Shown here piece after piece: positions 54,092 to 63,921 of a DNA stretch of 64,000 nt; the first letter of the stretch is position 1, and every line of letters begins with the position of its first letter. The stretch spans positions 6,617 through 70,616 of IMG/VR virus record IMGVR_UViG_3300046616_000269; one strand, 5' to 3'. This DNA is from a virus. Below the pieces are notes generated by a model. That model saw nothing but the letters and a program-made list of their open reading frames with translations, had not been told where the DNA came from and ran no database searches. The position numbers were made by a program, and so were the translations under genes.

Positions 54092-54433
54092 TCAAAGGGC
54101 CTCGTTTATTTCCGCGATTCCGTAGATGGTGTCAATGCGAGCGCTGACGTTGAAGGCGCGGTCTGTTATGGTGCTGACGTAGGAAACCAAGGACTTGACC
54201 CCCAGCGTCTGCAGGATGCGGCGCTGGATCTCGCGGTCGCGGGTCGGCGCCGTTCCGTAGCCCAGAATCTTGTCCTTGTCCAGGCCCAGGCGACTGTCTA
54301 GGAACCACTCGCCGCGGTAGAGCCGCAGCCGCGTTAGCACGGCCTGGGCGACCGTCTCGGGTGAGTTGGATAGGAAGGCGCTGGACCCGTTGAATTGGTA
54401 GTCGCCTTCCGGCGTCATCTTGCGGTATCTCAT
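54092..54433 (-). CDS. baseplate wedge / sheath initiator (gp25-like)
   Basis: VAQAV.TRL.L..GEWFLD...G; TIYG. Confidence 0.8.
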   Translation of the reverse strand: MRYRKMTPEGDYQFNGSSAFLSNSPETVAQAVLTRLRLYRGEWFLDSRLGLDKDKILGYGTAPTRDREIQRRILQTLGVKSLVSYVSTITDRAFNVSARIDTIYGIAEINEAL

Positions 54434-55068
54434 GGAAGGCCCCCGGTGTTGGCGCCGCCTGTCTGGACGCCGGTGTGGACGTGCGTCGCATAAGGGATGC
54501 CGTTGATGATCAGCGTGCCGGTGATGCGGACAATAGGCGCCGCTACGGTCACTTCTGCGGCTGCCGTCAGATTCACGTTGCCGGCAGGCGTCACTTCGAC
54601 CTTGGTCGTGCCCGCGGTTGTCCGCAGCTGGGCGCCGGCGTTGCTGAGCCCAGGCATGACGCGCGGCAGGCTGGCGATACCGACAAGGGCAAAGCCGTCG
54701 CTTAGGTCATGCATGCGCAGGTCCGGCTGCTCTTGGATGCCGCCCATCTTCCACCAGTTGTCGATGCAGCGGTCAGCGAACATGACAAGGGCTTCATCAC
54801 CCTTGACGACCGGGAAGGTCAGGGCGACGCCGCCGCCGGCTGGGAAGATGACGGGGCAGTCAACGAGTAGCGGCAGTTCGACCCAGCTGAAGGCCCCGCG
54901 CTGGCTCTGAACCCTGGCCTTGATGGCGGGCTTGATGCTGCAAGTCTGCTTGGTCGAGTCGTAGGATTCGATGATGCCGGGCAGCGTCGTCCAAAGGGTT
55001 GACGCCAGTTCCTGCTGAACCGCCCGCATGGCTGTTTGCGGGTCGCCTGCCCGTTCGCGTCTATCCAT
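54430..55068 (-). CDS. baseplate spike (Gp138-like)
   Basis: LP.LVDCPV.FP.GGG, GDE..V.F.DR.ID.W, R.HDLSD and HxH iron motif. Confidence 0.9.
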   Translation of the reverse strand: MDRRERAGDPQTAMRAVQQELASTLWTTLPGIIESYDSTKQTCSIKPAIKARVQSQRGAFSWVELPLLVDCPVIFPAGGGVALTFPVVKGDEALVMFADRCIDNWWKMGGIQEQPDLRMHDLSDGFALVGIASLPRVMPGLSNAGAQLRTTAGTTKVEVTPAGNVNLTAAAEVTVAAPIVRITGTLIINGIPYATHVHTGVQTGGANTGGLP

Positions 55069-56011
55069 AGGGTTTGACCTTCATTGTGACCGGGTCGACT
55101 GCCAAGCAGATCAGGTCGGTGTAGTATTCGACGCCGCGCGTATCGCCGGTATGCTCGGCGACATAGACGCGGTAGAGGCCGTCAGCGGTTATGGTCGCCA
55201 GCATCTGCACGCCGGCGTAGCGGTCGTAGGCCAGCTGGGCGCCTTCGATCTCAGAGCCGCGAGCCGCCACCGTCTGGTTGATGCTCTTGTTATCGATCTT
55301 GACAAGGCCACCAACGACGATCTTCGGGTTGATAAGGACCCGCGCCCGCAGCCCGGCTTCCGTCTGCTCGGCGCGGCCTATCAGCCCGGTCTCGGCTGTC
55401 AGGACGACGGCTTCACCAGGTAGGTAATCTTCCAGCGGCACGATGTTGACCTTGCCACCCGTGATGGTCCATGTGGCGCCGGCTGCATTCGACTCAGCGC
55501 GTAGGGCAGCACGGGCCAGCCCGAACAGCACCTTACCACGTGGCAGCACGCCGCCTGTCGGCGGAATCAGGTTCTTGCCAGCCGTAACGCCGTTGGGATT
55601 CATGGCCTTGATCGCGGCGGCTAGGCGCTCGGTTCGAGTGCTGCCGGCTGCCAGGGTCTGGTTGACCATGGACCAGTTGTAGGCGATGTCGCCATCAGCT
55701 GCCAGGATGTCAAGGTAGCTGTTGATGCCGTCCGGCTCCTTGCCGATCCGATACTGCTTGACGGTGCCGCTGAAGATGACGCCGAAGGCCGAGCCGTCGT
55801 AGCCAGCCTGCAGGACCACCTTGCTGAACTCGCCGCGGATTTTCTTCACCGTGTCTTCGGCAAGATTCCATACGCGGATGGCGCAGTTGTCGGGCGACTC
55901 TTCATCCGACTGCTGGCTGCGGAATCGAAAGTGCATGGCACTCAGGTCCAGCGCCTTTTCGCCTTCCACCAGCAGCAGCGATACGCGGCGGCCGAACTGC
56001 TTGTTTTCCAT
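55061..56011 (-). CDS. baseplate hub protein
   Basis: I.VWNL, LQAGY, ADGD and GDTRG motifs. Confidence 0.85.
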   Translation of the reverse strand: MENKQFGRRVSLLLVEGEKALDLSAMHFRFRSQQSDEESPDNCAIRVWNLAEDTVKKIRGEFSKVVLQAGYDGSAFGVIFSGTVKQYRIGKEPDGINSYLDILAADGDIAYNWSMVNQTLAAGSTRTERLAAAIKAMNPNGVTAGKNLIPPTGGVLPRGKVLFGLARAALRAESNAAGATWTITGGKVNIVPLEDYLPGEAVVLTAETGLIGRAEQTEAGLRARVLINPKIVVGGLVKIDNKSINQTVAARGSEIEGAQLAYDRYAGVQMLATITADGLYRVYVAEHTGDTRGVEYYTDLICLAVDPVTMKVKPYG

Positions 56012-56012
56012 G

Positions 56013-56324
56013 TTAGGGCTCCGTTACGAAATACAGGCGGCCGGTGATGCCCAGGTTGTCGAAGGTCGGCACGGCATCGGCATCGAAGTCCGTCTGCACC
56101 AGAAGGGCGCCTGTGAAGCCCAGATGCGCGTAGGGCTCCAGCAGGTCCAGGCCCGTCACCAGGGGGATGCCGTTGACGATGGGCAGCCGGTCTTCATCGG
56201 CGATGTCCAGCACCCAGCAGGCGCTCGCGCGGTTCCAGGCCAGGGTCATGTAGTAGTCGATGCCACCCAGCTGAATCGTGAAGCTCTGGGGCTCTGGCGT
56301 CAGCGGAATCTCATACGGCGTCAT
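56013..56324 (-). CDS. baseplate plug protein
   Basis: IPL...PQ.F.I.L, WN, GIPLVTG.DLL. Confidence 0.75.
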   Translation of the reverse strand: MTPYEIPLTPEPQSFTIQLGGIDYYMTLAWNRASACWVLDIADEDRLPIVNGIPLVTGLDLLEPYAHLGFTGALLVQTDFDADAVPTFDNLGITGRLYFVTEP

Positions 56325-57004
56325 AGCGGCACCCCGACGAGCTTGGTGAGCGCCTTAACAGGGAAGCTCTGCGCGCCCGCGATGGCGTTGAAGACCGGCG
56401 CAGGAATCAGGCTCTTGACGCCCTTGCTGACTGGCGACTGAGTGGCAGCCGGGTCGGCTTGACTGGCGGCAGGGGCAGCCACAGTTGCGATCTGCACGCT
56501 GACCATCAGCACTTCGCGGCAGACCGCCGTCACGGCCAAGGTGTTCTCGTTCTCCTTGTCCGTCACGATGCGCAGGCTCTGCACCAGCATGTTGCTGTAG
56601 ATACGCTTGCCGGTCTGGATCTCGAACGGGATGCGCGAGCGTTGCAGGTCCAGCAGGCTCTTATACATGGCCTGCACCTGGCTTTCGCTGTTGCCGCTGA
56701 ATAGCGACGTGATGCCGTTGATGGTGCCGGTCACGGCGCCCAGCAGGCCGGCCACCAGCCCCGATGCGGTGGGGCTATTGCTCCAGCCGCATCGAATCGT
56801 GACCTCGGACGGCTTCATGTAGGCGTGGTCGCTGATGCGCGCCCCGGTCTCGACTGGGTGGTCGGTGATGACCAGCTCATCGACATGGGTCTCTTCAAAC
56901 ACGACCTGTGCCGTGAAGCCGCCGATAGAGCGTTGCGGCCGAACCTGGATGGACTGCAGGCCCAGCTGCAAGGCTGCGGTTACGTATCCAGAGAATGCTG
57001 ACAT
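56321..57004 (-). CDS. tail tube initiator / baseplate protein
   Basis: E.H.D...IT.HPVE.GA.ISDHA...P; TG.R.Y.NM. Confidence 0.8.
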   Translation of the reverse strand: MSAFSGYVTAALQLGLQSIQVRPQRSIGGFTAQVVFEETHVDELVITDHPVETGARISDHAYMKPSEVTIRCGWSNSPTASGLVAGLLGAVTGTINGITSLFSGNSESQVQAMYKSLLDLQRSRIPFEIQTGKRIYSNMLVQSLRIVTDKENENTLAVTAVCREVLMVSVQIATVAAPAASQADPAATQSPVSKGVKSLIPAPVFNAIAGAQSFPVKALTKLVGVPL

Positions 57005-58660
57005 TTATTGCACCTTTGGCGTGAAGTTGCGGATGGCGTCGGCGTTGACGTCTTCCATGGCCGACTGAACGGCGCGGGCTGATTCCTGCGGCTGCGCGGC
57101 GCCGGTGACCGTGATGTTGTTCGTCTGGTTCAGCTGGGGCGGCGCCACCTTCTCGATGTACTTCCGCGTTTCCTCTGGCGCCGCGCCAAGCCCGTAGCGG
57201 TCCAAGTTGCCGGGTCCCCAGTTGAAGGCGGCTGCAGCCTTGGCGGCGTCACCGTCATACTTCTTCAGCAGGTCGGCGTAATACTTGGCCGCGCCTTCCG
57301 CAGACTGGGCCAAGTCGTTGGGGTCCTTCACCCCATACTGCTTGGCGGTAGGGTCCATGAACTGGAAGTGGCCTTTGGCACCGGCGCTACTCTGCATGAA
57401 CCGCGGGTCACCACGATTCGATTCAGCCTTCCAGACCCGGTCGAGCAGGCCAGCCGGCAGCGCGTACTGCTGCTCGAGTCGGCGGAACAGGGCATCGGCG
57501 CTGCCATCAGCTGCGCTAGGCGCCTTGGAATTGACCGGCATGGCCCCATCAACACGAACGCCGGATGGAATGGGGCCGACACTGACCGCTGGCCCGGTCG
57601 CTACGACTGGGTTCTTCGCATCTTCGGCCGCGTTCTTGTATGCAGGCTTGCCCCAACGCTTCAGGCGCTCCATCCAGCCCAGGGTAGGGGGCTGGGCAGG
57701 GGAGGGCGCCGTTGACGCGCCTGGGGCCGTTGTGGGGGCCTTGCTGGCGTCTGCATAGTCATTGATGTTCGACGTCAGGAAGTTTTTGCCGCCGAGTCCG
57801 GGTTTTTGGTCGTCTTGCGGCAGGCCCAGGCGCTGCCGGGCATCTGCGGTCAGCTTCACGCCGCCACCAGGTGCCTTGATGCCCAGCCCCTCCTTCAGCT
57901 TGTCCCAGAAGCTGCCGAAGTCCATCTGTGCAATTGCAGTCCAGTCCTTCAGCAATTCCTTGGTGACACCAGCGACCTCCATCAGCTTCGGCAGCATGCC
58001 CATGGCAAGCGCATCACGGAACAGGCCGGCATACTCGGCGATCTCGCGCCACTGGTTCGCGTATTCCTTGCCGGCAAGGGCTGCAGCTTCAGTGTCGACG
58101 CCCATCTCGGCCGCCATCTGCTTCCGTTCAGCCTGGGCCTTCTTCATCTCGTCCAGGCCGTCTTGCAGCATGAACAGCGTATCCGGGTCGATGCCGAACA
58201 GATTGGCAAAGCGCTCGGCCACGTAGAAGGGCATCTTCTTCAGCTGGCCGACCAGGTCCGTCAGGACGTCGGCCTTGTCGCGGCCCTTGACGGGCACGCC
58301 CAGGCTTTCCAGCAGGCCGGTCAGGCCCGGGTTGCTGCGCAGGTTGCGGGCCAGCGCTTCAAGGCTGCCCCGGATAGTCTCGCTGCTGCCGCCAACTTTG
58401 CGAAAGCCGTAGTCAAGCGCCTGGATGCTGCCGACCGCGCTGTCGGTGCGGCGGCTGGCGTAGTACAGCTTCTCCATGGAAAACGCGAACTGCGTCACCA
58501 TGGCCTGGGCGGCAACCCCGACGCCGAACAGGCTGCGTGATAGGGCGGTGGCCCGCTTATCCCACTTCTCCAGGCCCTGGTCGAACTTCTTGGCTTCTGG
58601 GGCCGAGACCTTGAAGCCCAGCGATACCAGGTACTCCCGCAGAATGGTTGAGTCGGACAT
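57005..58660 (-). CDS. tape measure protein with a C-terminal lytic transglycosylase
   Basis: EYLVSLGF start; AES, GAKGHFQFM..TA, AAFNWGPG and ETRKY SLT motifs. Confidence 0.9.
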   Translation of the reverse strand: MSDSTILREYLVSLGFKVSAPEAKKFDQGLEKWDKRATALSRSLFGVGVAAQAMVTQFAFSMEKLYYASRRTDSAVGSIQALDYGFRKVGGSSETIRGSLEALARNLRSNPGLTGLLESLGVPVKGRDKADVLTDLVGQLKKMPFYVAERFANLFGIDPDTLFMLQDGLDEMKKAQAERKQMAAEMGVDTEAAALAGKEYANQWREIAEYAGLFRDALAMGMLPKLMEVAGVTKELLKDWTAIAQMDFGSFWDKLKEGLGIKAPGGGVKLTADARQRLGLPQDDQKPGLGGKNFLTSNINDYADASKAPTTAPGASTAPSPAQPPTLGWMERLKRWGKPAYKNAAEDAKNPVVATGPAVSVGPIPSGVRVDGAMPVNSKAPSAADGSADALFRRLEQQYALPAGLLDRVWKAESNRGDPRFMQSSAGAKGHFQFMDPTAKQYGVKDPNDLAQSAEGAAKYYADLLKKYDGDAAKAAAAFNWGPGNLDRYGLGAAPEETRKYIEKVAPPQLNQTNNITVTGAAQPQESARAVQSAMEDVNADAIRNFTPKVQ

Positions 58661-58665
58661 CGGGG

Positions 58666-58848
58666 TTACCTCTTCGTTTGTTTGGCGCGCAGCCAGGACT
58701 CTGTCCGCGCCTTGTTCTCGATTTCGACGTCGATGGCTTCATTGCACATAGCGATGAAGGCAAGGTCCAGCTGCGTGCCGAGCAGCTTGTCGGCAGTCAG
58801 CAGGCCACGCATGACCGGTCGCCAGAGGTAGTCTTCGCCATCGGCCAT
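58666..58848 (-). CDS. tail assembly chaperone C-terminal part (GT-like; probably reached by frameshift)
   Basis: DYLWRPV..G; in the -1 frame of the upstream chaperone. Confidence 0.7.
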   Translation of the reverse strand: MADGEDYLWRPVMRGLLTADKLLGTQLDLAFIAMCNEAIDVEIENKARTESWLRAKQTKR

Positions 58849-58886
58849 GCCGATGTACTTAACTTCCCCTGGCCCCGTTGCAAACC

Positions 58887-59315
58887 TTAGGAGCTTGCCG
58901 ATGTCATCCGTTCGGCGAGTCCCAGCGTAAAATTTTGCAGGTTGTGCTTCAGCACTTCAACGACAAGACGCAGCATGCCCGGCATGTCCACGTCCTGATA
59001 CATGAAGCCCTTGCCCTGCGTCAGCGGCGCCCAGCGCTCGCCATCCTTGCGCTTGACGACTGCCAAGCAATGGAAGATGATGTAGTCGCTGTCCTTGTCA
59101 TCCATCATCGACATGATCTGGGCGACCGGCCCCAAGCTGGGGATGAAGTCGGCCATCTCCAACTTCTTGCTGCCGTCTGCCAGCATGGCAAGGCTGATGC
59201 CTGCAGTAGCCAGGATCGGCGCAAGGCGCCGGGTCAAGTGCCACTGCATCATCAGGTCCAGCTTGCCGATCTGGTACATCTGGCCGCCTACTTCGATTTC
59301 CTTGGTGTCATTCAT
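58887..59315 (-). CDS. tail assembly chaperone
   Basis: Between the tube and tape measure genes; KL....Q.H..RR..P. Confidence 0.8.
   Translation of the reverse strand: MNDTKEIEVGGQMYQIGKLDLMMQWHLTRRLAPILATAGISLAMLADGSKKLEMADFIPSLGPVAQIMSMMDDKDSDYIIFHCLAVVKRKDGERWAPLTQGKGFMYQDVDMPGMLRLVVEVLKHNLQNFTLGLAERMTSASS
58929..58935 (-). other. -1 programmed frameshift slippery heptamer A AAT TTT
   Basis: In-phase X XXY YYZ; the -1 frame stays open into the 58848 ORF. Confidence 0.75.
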
Positions 59316-59338
59316 TTTTTGGTCTCCGGTAGCAGGCT

Positions 59339-59779
59339 TTAGCTACCCAGGGTTTCGGTGATGCGCAGCGCGTTGAAGACCCATTCCATAATGCCGGCCT
59401 CCTTGGCGTAGGTGTTGTCGGGCATCTTGGTGAAGCCCACGCCTTCGGCCGTGATCACGTCACCGCGGCTGAAGTCGGTGATGGTGATTGTGTTCTGGCC
59501 GTAGTTGGCGCCAGCCGACGTCTGGAAGGCATAGGCTGCCGACAGCAGGGCATTGGTGGGCGAGGTCTTCATCAGGCGGACCGTGATCTGGCCGCTCTTG
59601 TTCGCGTACAGGCTGTGCTGGCCGTAGCCGTCTGCACCGACCTGCATGCCGCCGATGTCTTCGGTCAGGGCGACCGTGATGCCTTCTTCGGACACGCCGG
59701 CTTCCGAGCCCAGGACGATGGCGATGCCGGGGCCGACCATGGCGGCCTTGACGTCCAGAAAACTATAAACTTTGCTCAT
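59339..59779 (-). CDS. tail tube protein (DUF3277-like)
   Basis: YSF.DV, EEGI.V, GADG..HS and TSP.N..L motifs. Confidence 0.85.
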   Translation of the reverse strand: MSKVYSFLDVKAAMVGPGIAIVLGSEAGVSEEGITVALTEDIGGMQVGADGYGQHSLYANKSGQITVRLMKTSPTNALLSAAYAFQTSAGANYGQNTITITDFSRGDVITAEGVGFTKMPDNTYAKEAGIMEWVFNALRITETLGS

Positions 59780-59810
59780 GTCGATTCACTCCTAGTTGCT
59801 GCTTGTTGAT

Positions 59811-61304
59811 TTACTGGTTGACCGTGACGGCGACATCCACGCTATGGACAGCACCGGCCAGCTTGGCAGCGATCTGGATTGGCATCGCCTTCCGCGCGCC
59901 GCGATTGGCCTGACTCTGCACGGAGAAGCTCTGCGAGTAGACGTAGAAGCCTTTCTCCATGAAGTCACCCGTCTTCAGCAAGCCGAAACCGTTGGACTGC
60001 CAGACACCGGGTGCCAGGGCGCCGTTGGTCACGTAGGCGCTGCAGACGGCTTCACAGGTGGCAAGCAGGATCTGCTGGCCGGCGTCTGTCTGCGGGATCT
60101 TCGTGACGCTGGTGTAGAGCACGTTGAACAGCGCCGTCTGGATCTCGATGGCAAGGGCATCGGTGGCGCAGACCACATCGGTGTAGGTGCCATCCGCCAT
60201 CACGCCCTGTTCGAGGATGGAGGTGTCGTTGTTGTAGTGGACAAAGACGTTGCCGTTCTTGCCTTCCAGCGCGTTGGCTTGGCTGGCGTTCAGGTACTCG
60301 GCGATGATGCCGGGCTCGTTCTTGAACTTCAGCGTAATCACCGTGTTGGCGCCGCTGTAATCCGTCGTCAGGATACGCGCGGCCGCGCTGATAGCAGCAT
60401 ACGGGTTTGAGCTGGAGAACTGCCAATACGTGCGGCGCACATTCAGTTGTGACAACAAATAACCCAGATCCGTGGACGAATTGTCCACCAGGGCGCCAGC
60501 TTCTGCCGACGTTACCCAGTAGGTGTGCTTGGTGCCGCTGCCTTCGATGTAGGCGGCAACTGCCAGATGGTCGTCGTTCGTGCCTGCAGGGATGGCGAGG
60601 CCATACCATTGCTGGCCCAGCAGGTTGTCCATGAGTGCCACAGCAGCCAGGGCGGTTTCCGCGACTTGGCCTGTGTAGACATAGGCGCCGCTGCTGGCCG
60701 CCGTCATGCCCAGCTTGGCCGAGATGTCGGTGCCGGTTGCAGCAGGGACCAAGAAGCCAATCGCAGACGTGACGCCGGCGGTCGTGCTTTCGATCTCGAA
60801 GCGCGCGTAGGTCGCGTTCCAGACGACTGTGGTCGTGCCAGTCATGCCAGCGGCTGCAGCGATGATGCCGGCCACTGCATTCAGGTTGGCGGCGCCGCTG
60901 AAGTTCAGGCCCGTGACGTCGACGCCTGCGGCGCCATTCTTGGCGATCTTGAAGCTGCCGGTCGTAATGGCGTTCCAGCTGGCGATTGCCTGGGCCGATG
61001 CCGACAGCGTGGCGCCGCGCAGGCCACCGCGGCTATTGGCGTTGACCCAGCGGCCGATAAGCAGCTCGGTCGGCTGCGGCACCTGGCTGAACCACTTGCT
61101 GGCGGCAAGGTATTCCATGGCGGTCGTGCCGAAGTCGGAGGCCACATCGGCCAGCAGGTTGTAGCTGCGGTAGCGCTCGCTCGAGTCGATGACGTTCGAC
61201 GTGCCCAGGATCAGCATGTTACTCAGGCTCTGGGCCTGGGCACCGGCAGGGGACAGCAGAACATCGACCTTGACGATGCGCGAAAGGGCGAGGGATGGTT
61301 GCAT
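59811..61304 (-). CDS. tail sheath protein (DUF3383-like)
   Basis: V..DFG....EY.AA..WFSQ.P.P, TLKFK.EPG, KIPQTD.G, R.AR...P and GAVH motifs. Confidence 0.9.
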   Translation of the reverse strand: MQPSLALSRIVKVDVLLSPAGAQAQSLSNMLILGTSNVIDSSERYRSYNLLADVASDFGTTAMEYLAASKWFSQVPQPTELLIGRWVNANSRGGLRGATLSASAQAIASWNAITTGSFKIAKNGAAGVDVTGLNFSGAANLNAVAGIIAAAAGMTGTTTVVWNATYARFEIESTTAGVTSAIGFLVPAATGTDISAKLGMTAASSGAYVYTGQVAETALAAVALMDNLLGQQWYGLAIPAGTNDDHLAVAAYIEGSGTKHTYWVTSAEAGALVDNSSTDLGYLLSQLNVRRTYWQFSSSNPYAAISAAARILTTDYSGANTVITLKFKNEPGIIAEYLNASQANALEGKNGNVFVHYNNDTSILEQGVMADGTYTDVVCATDALAIEIQTALFNVLYTSVTKIPQTDAGQQILLATCEAVCSAYVTNGALAPGVWQSNGFGLLKTGDFMEKGFYVYSQSFSVQSQANRGARKAMPIQIAAKLAGAVHSVDVAVTVNQ

Positions 61305-61318
61305 GGTTCAGGATTCCT

Positions 61319-61888
61319 TTAGGTTGTTGGCGGCGTGATGGTGATTGGCGTGACGTATTCGTCGTTGTTCAGATCGACGCCGTCGAAGCGCTCGATTGCG
61401 TTAGTCGTGTAGATGCGCTGGACTCGGCGGCGGAAGTCGCCGCGTATATCCCATCGCTTCATCCACTTTTCCTTCATGAGTGCAGGCAGTTGGCGGGTCT
61501 CCTTCAGGTCGATGAGCTTGACCCCTGCTGTCGCAAGGTCGGCGCGGTTCTGGTCGATGTAGATGCCGTCGTGAAACAGCGCGCAGATGCTCTGGCAGTT
61601 GGGGCCGTAGAAGCTGAAGAGGACGCTGAGTTCCTCGTCGCGCTCCAGCACCATCTTGAAAGCGTCCAGCTGCTTGGTCCAGGGGAACTTGTCTTTGTCG
61701 CCTTCCGTGATGCCGAAGGCGACCCAGTTGATGCTGAAGTCCGGCAAGTTGGGCGGTTCCGGCTGCCAGCGTGGCCGCACCAGCTGCGGTTGCAGGCCCG
61801 TTATGCCCACCAGAAGCCGCTGGAAGATGTCTTCCAAAGGCTCGGCATAGGCAGGCGTCGTTGCGCTGTCTGGAAGTAGGTATGGCAT
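61319..61888 (-). CDS. tail completion / neck terminator protein
   Basis: GITGL....VRPRWQP.PP; SFYGP; QNR. Confidence 0.75.
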   Translation of the reverse strand: MPYLLPDSATTPAYAEPLEDIFQRLLVGITGLQPQLVRPRWQPEPPNLPDFSINWVAFGITEGDKDKFPWTKQLDAFKMVLERDEELSVLFSFYGPNCQSICALFHDGIYIDQNRADLATAGVKLIDLKETRQLPALMKEKWMKRWDIRGDFRRRVQRIYTTNAIERFDGVDLNNDEYVTPITITPPTT

Positions 61889-61895
61889 GGTGCTC

Positions 61896-62291
61896 CTATT
61901 GCGGTCGGTCCATGGCGTTCTGCGAAGAAGCGATGACTTCGTAGACCCCTTTGCCGTAGCGGTGATAGGGCATGACCTCTTCGACCGTGTAGACGATGCC
62001 GTCCCAGGTAATCAGGTCGGGCTGGTAGCTGCGTCCGTTCTCCACGCTGGCCTTGCGGATCTTGAACTTCGTGGCGATGAAGATCCGGTTGGGCACGCTT
62101 TGCGAGTCGTCGCGCCGCAGCAGGTCGCCGGGGCTCTGAAATGTGATGACGCCGCGCACCCGCGTAAAGGTCTGGTAGACCGTTGGCAGTGTGCGCCCGT
62201 TCTCGCCGACAACATCGTCGCGGCGCTGGACCGCGAAGACATCGGACAGCATGGGGTCCTGCGTCACAAAGGACACATCTAGCAATGGCAT
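61896..62291 (-). CDS. head-tail adaptor/closure protein
   Basis: MPLLDVS....DP; PD.I.W.G..Y.V; YG.G. Confidence 0.7.
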   Translation of the reverse strand: MPLLDVSFVTQDPMLSDVFAVQRRDDVVGENGRTLPTVYQTFTRVRGVITFQSPGDLLRRDDSQSVPNRIFIATKFKIRKASVENGRSYQPDLITWDGIVYTVEEVMPYHRYGKGVYEVIASSQNAMDRPQ

Positions 62292-62293
62292 GC

Positions 62294-62881
62294 TCAGCCT
62301 CTCTTTCTTGGCCGCAGGGCATAGGTAACCGCGTTGCGCATCTGGCCGGTATCGACCAGCGGCTTGGCGAACTCCGTGCTAGGTGCCTGCCCATCCCAGC
62401 GCCGGTCGAGTTCCTGCGCCGCGCCTATGCGGGCGCCGCCGCCGTTCTTGCGGCCAGACTTCATGCGGGCGCGCAAGGTGAAGTCCGACAGGGGAGGGGG
62501 CACGCCAGCGTTGATGGTGCGCTTGATGCTGTTCATGGCAAGGAAGCCGATCTGCGTGAATCCCTGCTCGACTCGCTGCGGTCCGTCGCCGCGCAACACT
62601 GCGCGCATCGTCTGGCCCAGCTTGTCGGCGACTGCATCCTGCACGGCTTCGATGCCCGGCAGCATGAAAGGGCGGGCCGGGATGTTGGCTTCAGGCGCCC
62701 CGTTGTCATGGATGTAGCCCAGCATGGCGTTCGTCGGGTCTTCACCGTCCTGGCGTTCGGCGCCATCCTCTGGGAAGCCCACCAGCACCTCGTTCTTCGT
62801 CAGCAGCTCCAGCGCATCCTTCAGGCCCGCAAGCCCGGCGCCGCCGATGCGCACGCCGCTGCGGTTGTTCGACTTCGCCAT
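62294..62881 (-). CDS. neck / virion morphogenesis protein
   Basis: VLVG.P, NA..GYIH.NG.P..NIPARPF..PG, KPLVDTGQMRNA. Confidence 0.8.
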   Translation of the reverse strand: MAKSNNRSGVRIGGAGLAGLKDALELLTKNEVLVGFPEDGAERQDGEDPTNAMLGYIHDNGAPEANIPARPFMLPGIEAVQDAVADKLGQTMRAVLRGDGPQRVEQGFTQIGFLAMNSIKRTINAGVPPPLSDFTLRARMKSGRKNGGGARIGAAQELDRRWDGQAPSTEFAKPLVDTGQMRNAVTYALRPRKRG

Positions 62882-63363
62882 CAGATGCCGCCGCTCATGG
62901 GCGGGTAGATATCGGGTCCCGGCCATGCGCCGCCGTAGCCGTAGTTGCTGGCACCCAGCGGCGCGCCGATATGCAGGGGGCCGGCGCCGACCATGCGGAC
63001 CAGCTGGATATAGCGCAGGCCATATGTCGTCAAGTTCCAGTGCCCGTTCTTCGGGTCCATGGCAGCACTCGAGTCGCGGCTGTAGCTGACCTTGTCGACC
63101 GTGGCCGATGTCAGCGGGCCAAGGATGGCACCGGGGCCGCTGGCTGCACCCTGGCCGCAGCGTGCCGCTTCCAGGCTCAGGTTGTGCGCCACAAAGAGTT
63201 GCAGGCCGAAGCTGGCTAGGTTGCCCCAGCGGCCCACGTTGATCATGTTCGTGCCCAGGGCAATCCAGAAGTCAATCTCTGGTCCCAGGTATGCAAGGTC
63301 ATCTGCGAAAGCAGGGAAGGCAACCCGGAAGGAGTCAGCCGTTACGGTTGTGATATCAGGCAT
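62881..63363 (-). CDS. head-tail connector (DUF4054-like)
   Basis: FR..FPAF, LFVAH.L, VDKVSYS and WNLT.YG motifs. Confidence 0.8.
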   Translation of the reverse strand: MPDITTVTADSFRVAFPAFADDLAYLGPEIDFWIALGTNMINVGRWGNLASFGLQLFVAHNLSLEAARCGQGAASGPGAILGPLTSATVDKVSYSRDSSAAMDPKNGHWNLTTYGLRYIQLVRMVGAGPLHIGAPLGASNYGYGGAWPGPDIYPPMSGGI

Positions 63364-63390
63364 TTGCTTTGTCCTTTCCGGGGCCGGGGT

Positions 63391-63846
63391 TCAGTCGTTG
63401 ATGGTGACGCCGTGAGCCTTGGCGTACCAGTGCTCGGCATGCTCGCGCGGGATCTTCTTGGTGCCGACCGCGTACTCATGCACGCCGCCGTCATCCGCGG
63501 TGATGCGGAAGGGCTTGGTGATGGTGGCTTCGACCATCTCGAGTTCCTTCAGTGCCACGCGGCGGTGGCGGCCAGCTTCGGCTTCTGTGCCAACAGGCAG
63601 CTGGGCGTTGGTGACCTTCTGCGCGTCTTCTGCCAGGGTCTCGGCAAGGGCCTTGCCGCCATCGGTTGTGTCGATGACCTCGTTGGCCTTCATGCCGGTG
63701 GGGTCGCGCAGGTCGGTCGGGGCATCGGCGCCATCGCGTGGGTCCGTGCTGGCAGCAGCAGGGGAGGCGGTGAGAGGGGTTCGTGCGGGTGCTGTCTTGG
63801 CGGCCGGCAGGGCTTTGCGCTGGGGCGCCTGAGTCTTCTTCGTCAT
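63391..63846 (-). CDS. phage head-associated protein
   Basis: C-terminal ITKPF....DDG....Y..G......A.HWY..AH domain; follows the capsid gene. Confidence 0.65.
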   Translation of the reverse strand: MTKKTQAPQRKALPAAKTAPARTPLTASPAAASTDPRDGADAPTDLRDPTGMKANEVIDTTDGGKALAETLAEDAQKVTNAQLPVGTEAEAGRHRRVALKELEMVEATITKPFRITADDGGVHEYAVGTKKIPREHAEHWYAKAHGVTIND

Positions 63847-63863
63847 ATCGTTCTCCAGTTGGG

Positions 63864-63900
63864 AAAAGAAAAAGCGGCCCCAGACATCCGGGGCCGCTTT
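63864..63900 (-). terminator. intrinsic terminator after the major capsid gene
   Basis: AAAGCGGCCCC-loop-GGGGCCGCTTT followed by a T-tract. Confidence 0.75.
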
Positions 63901-63921
63901 CATGGCTAAAACCCGCGGGTT

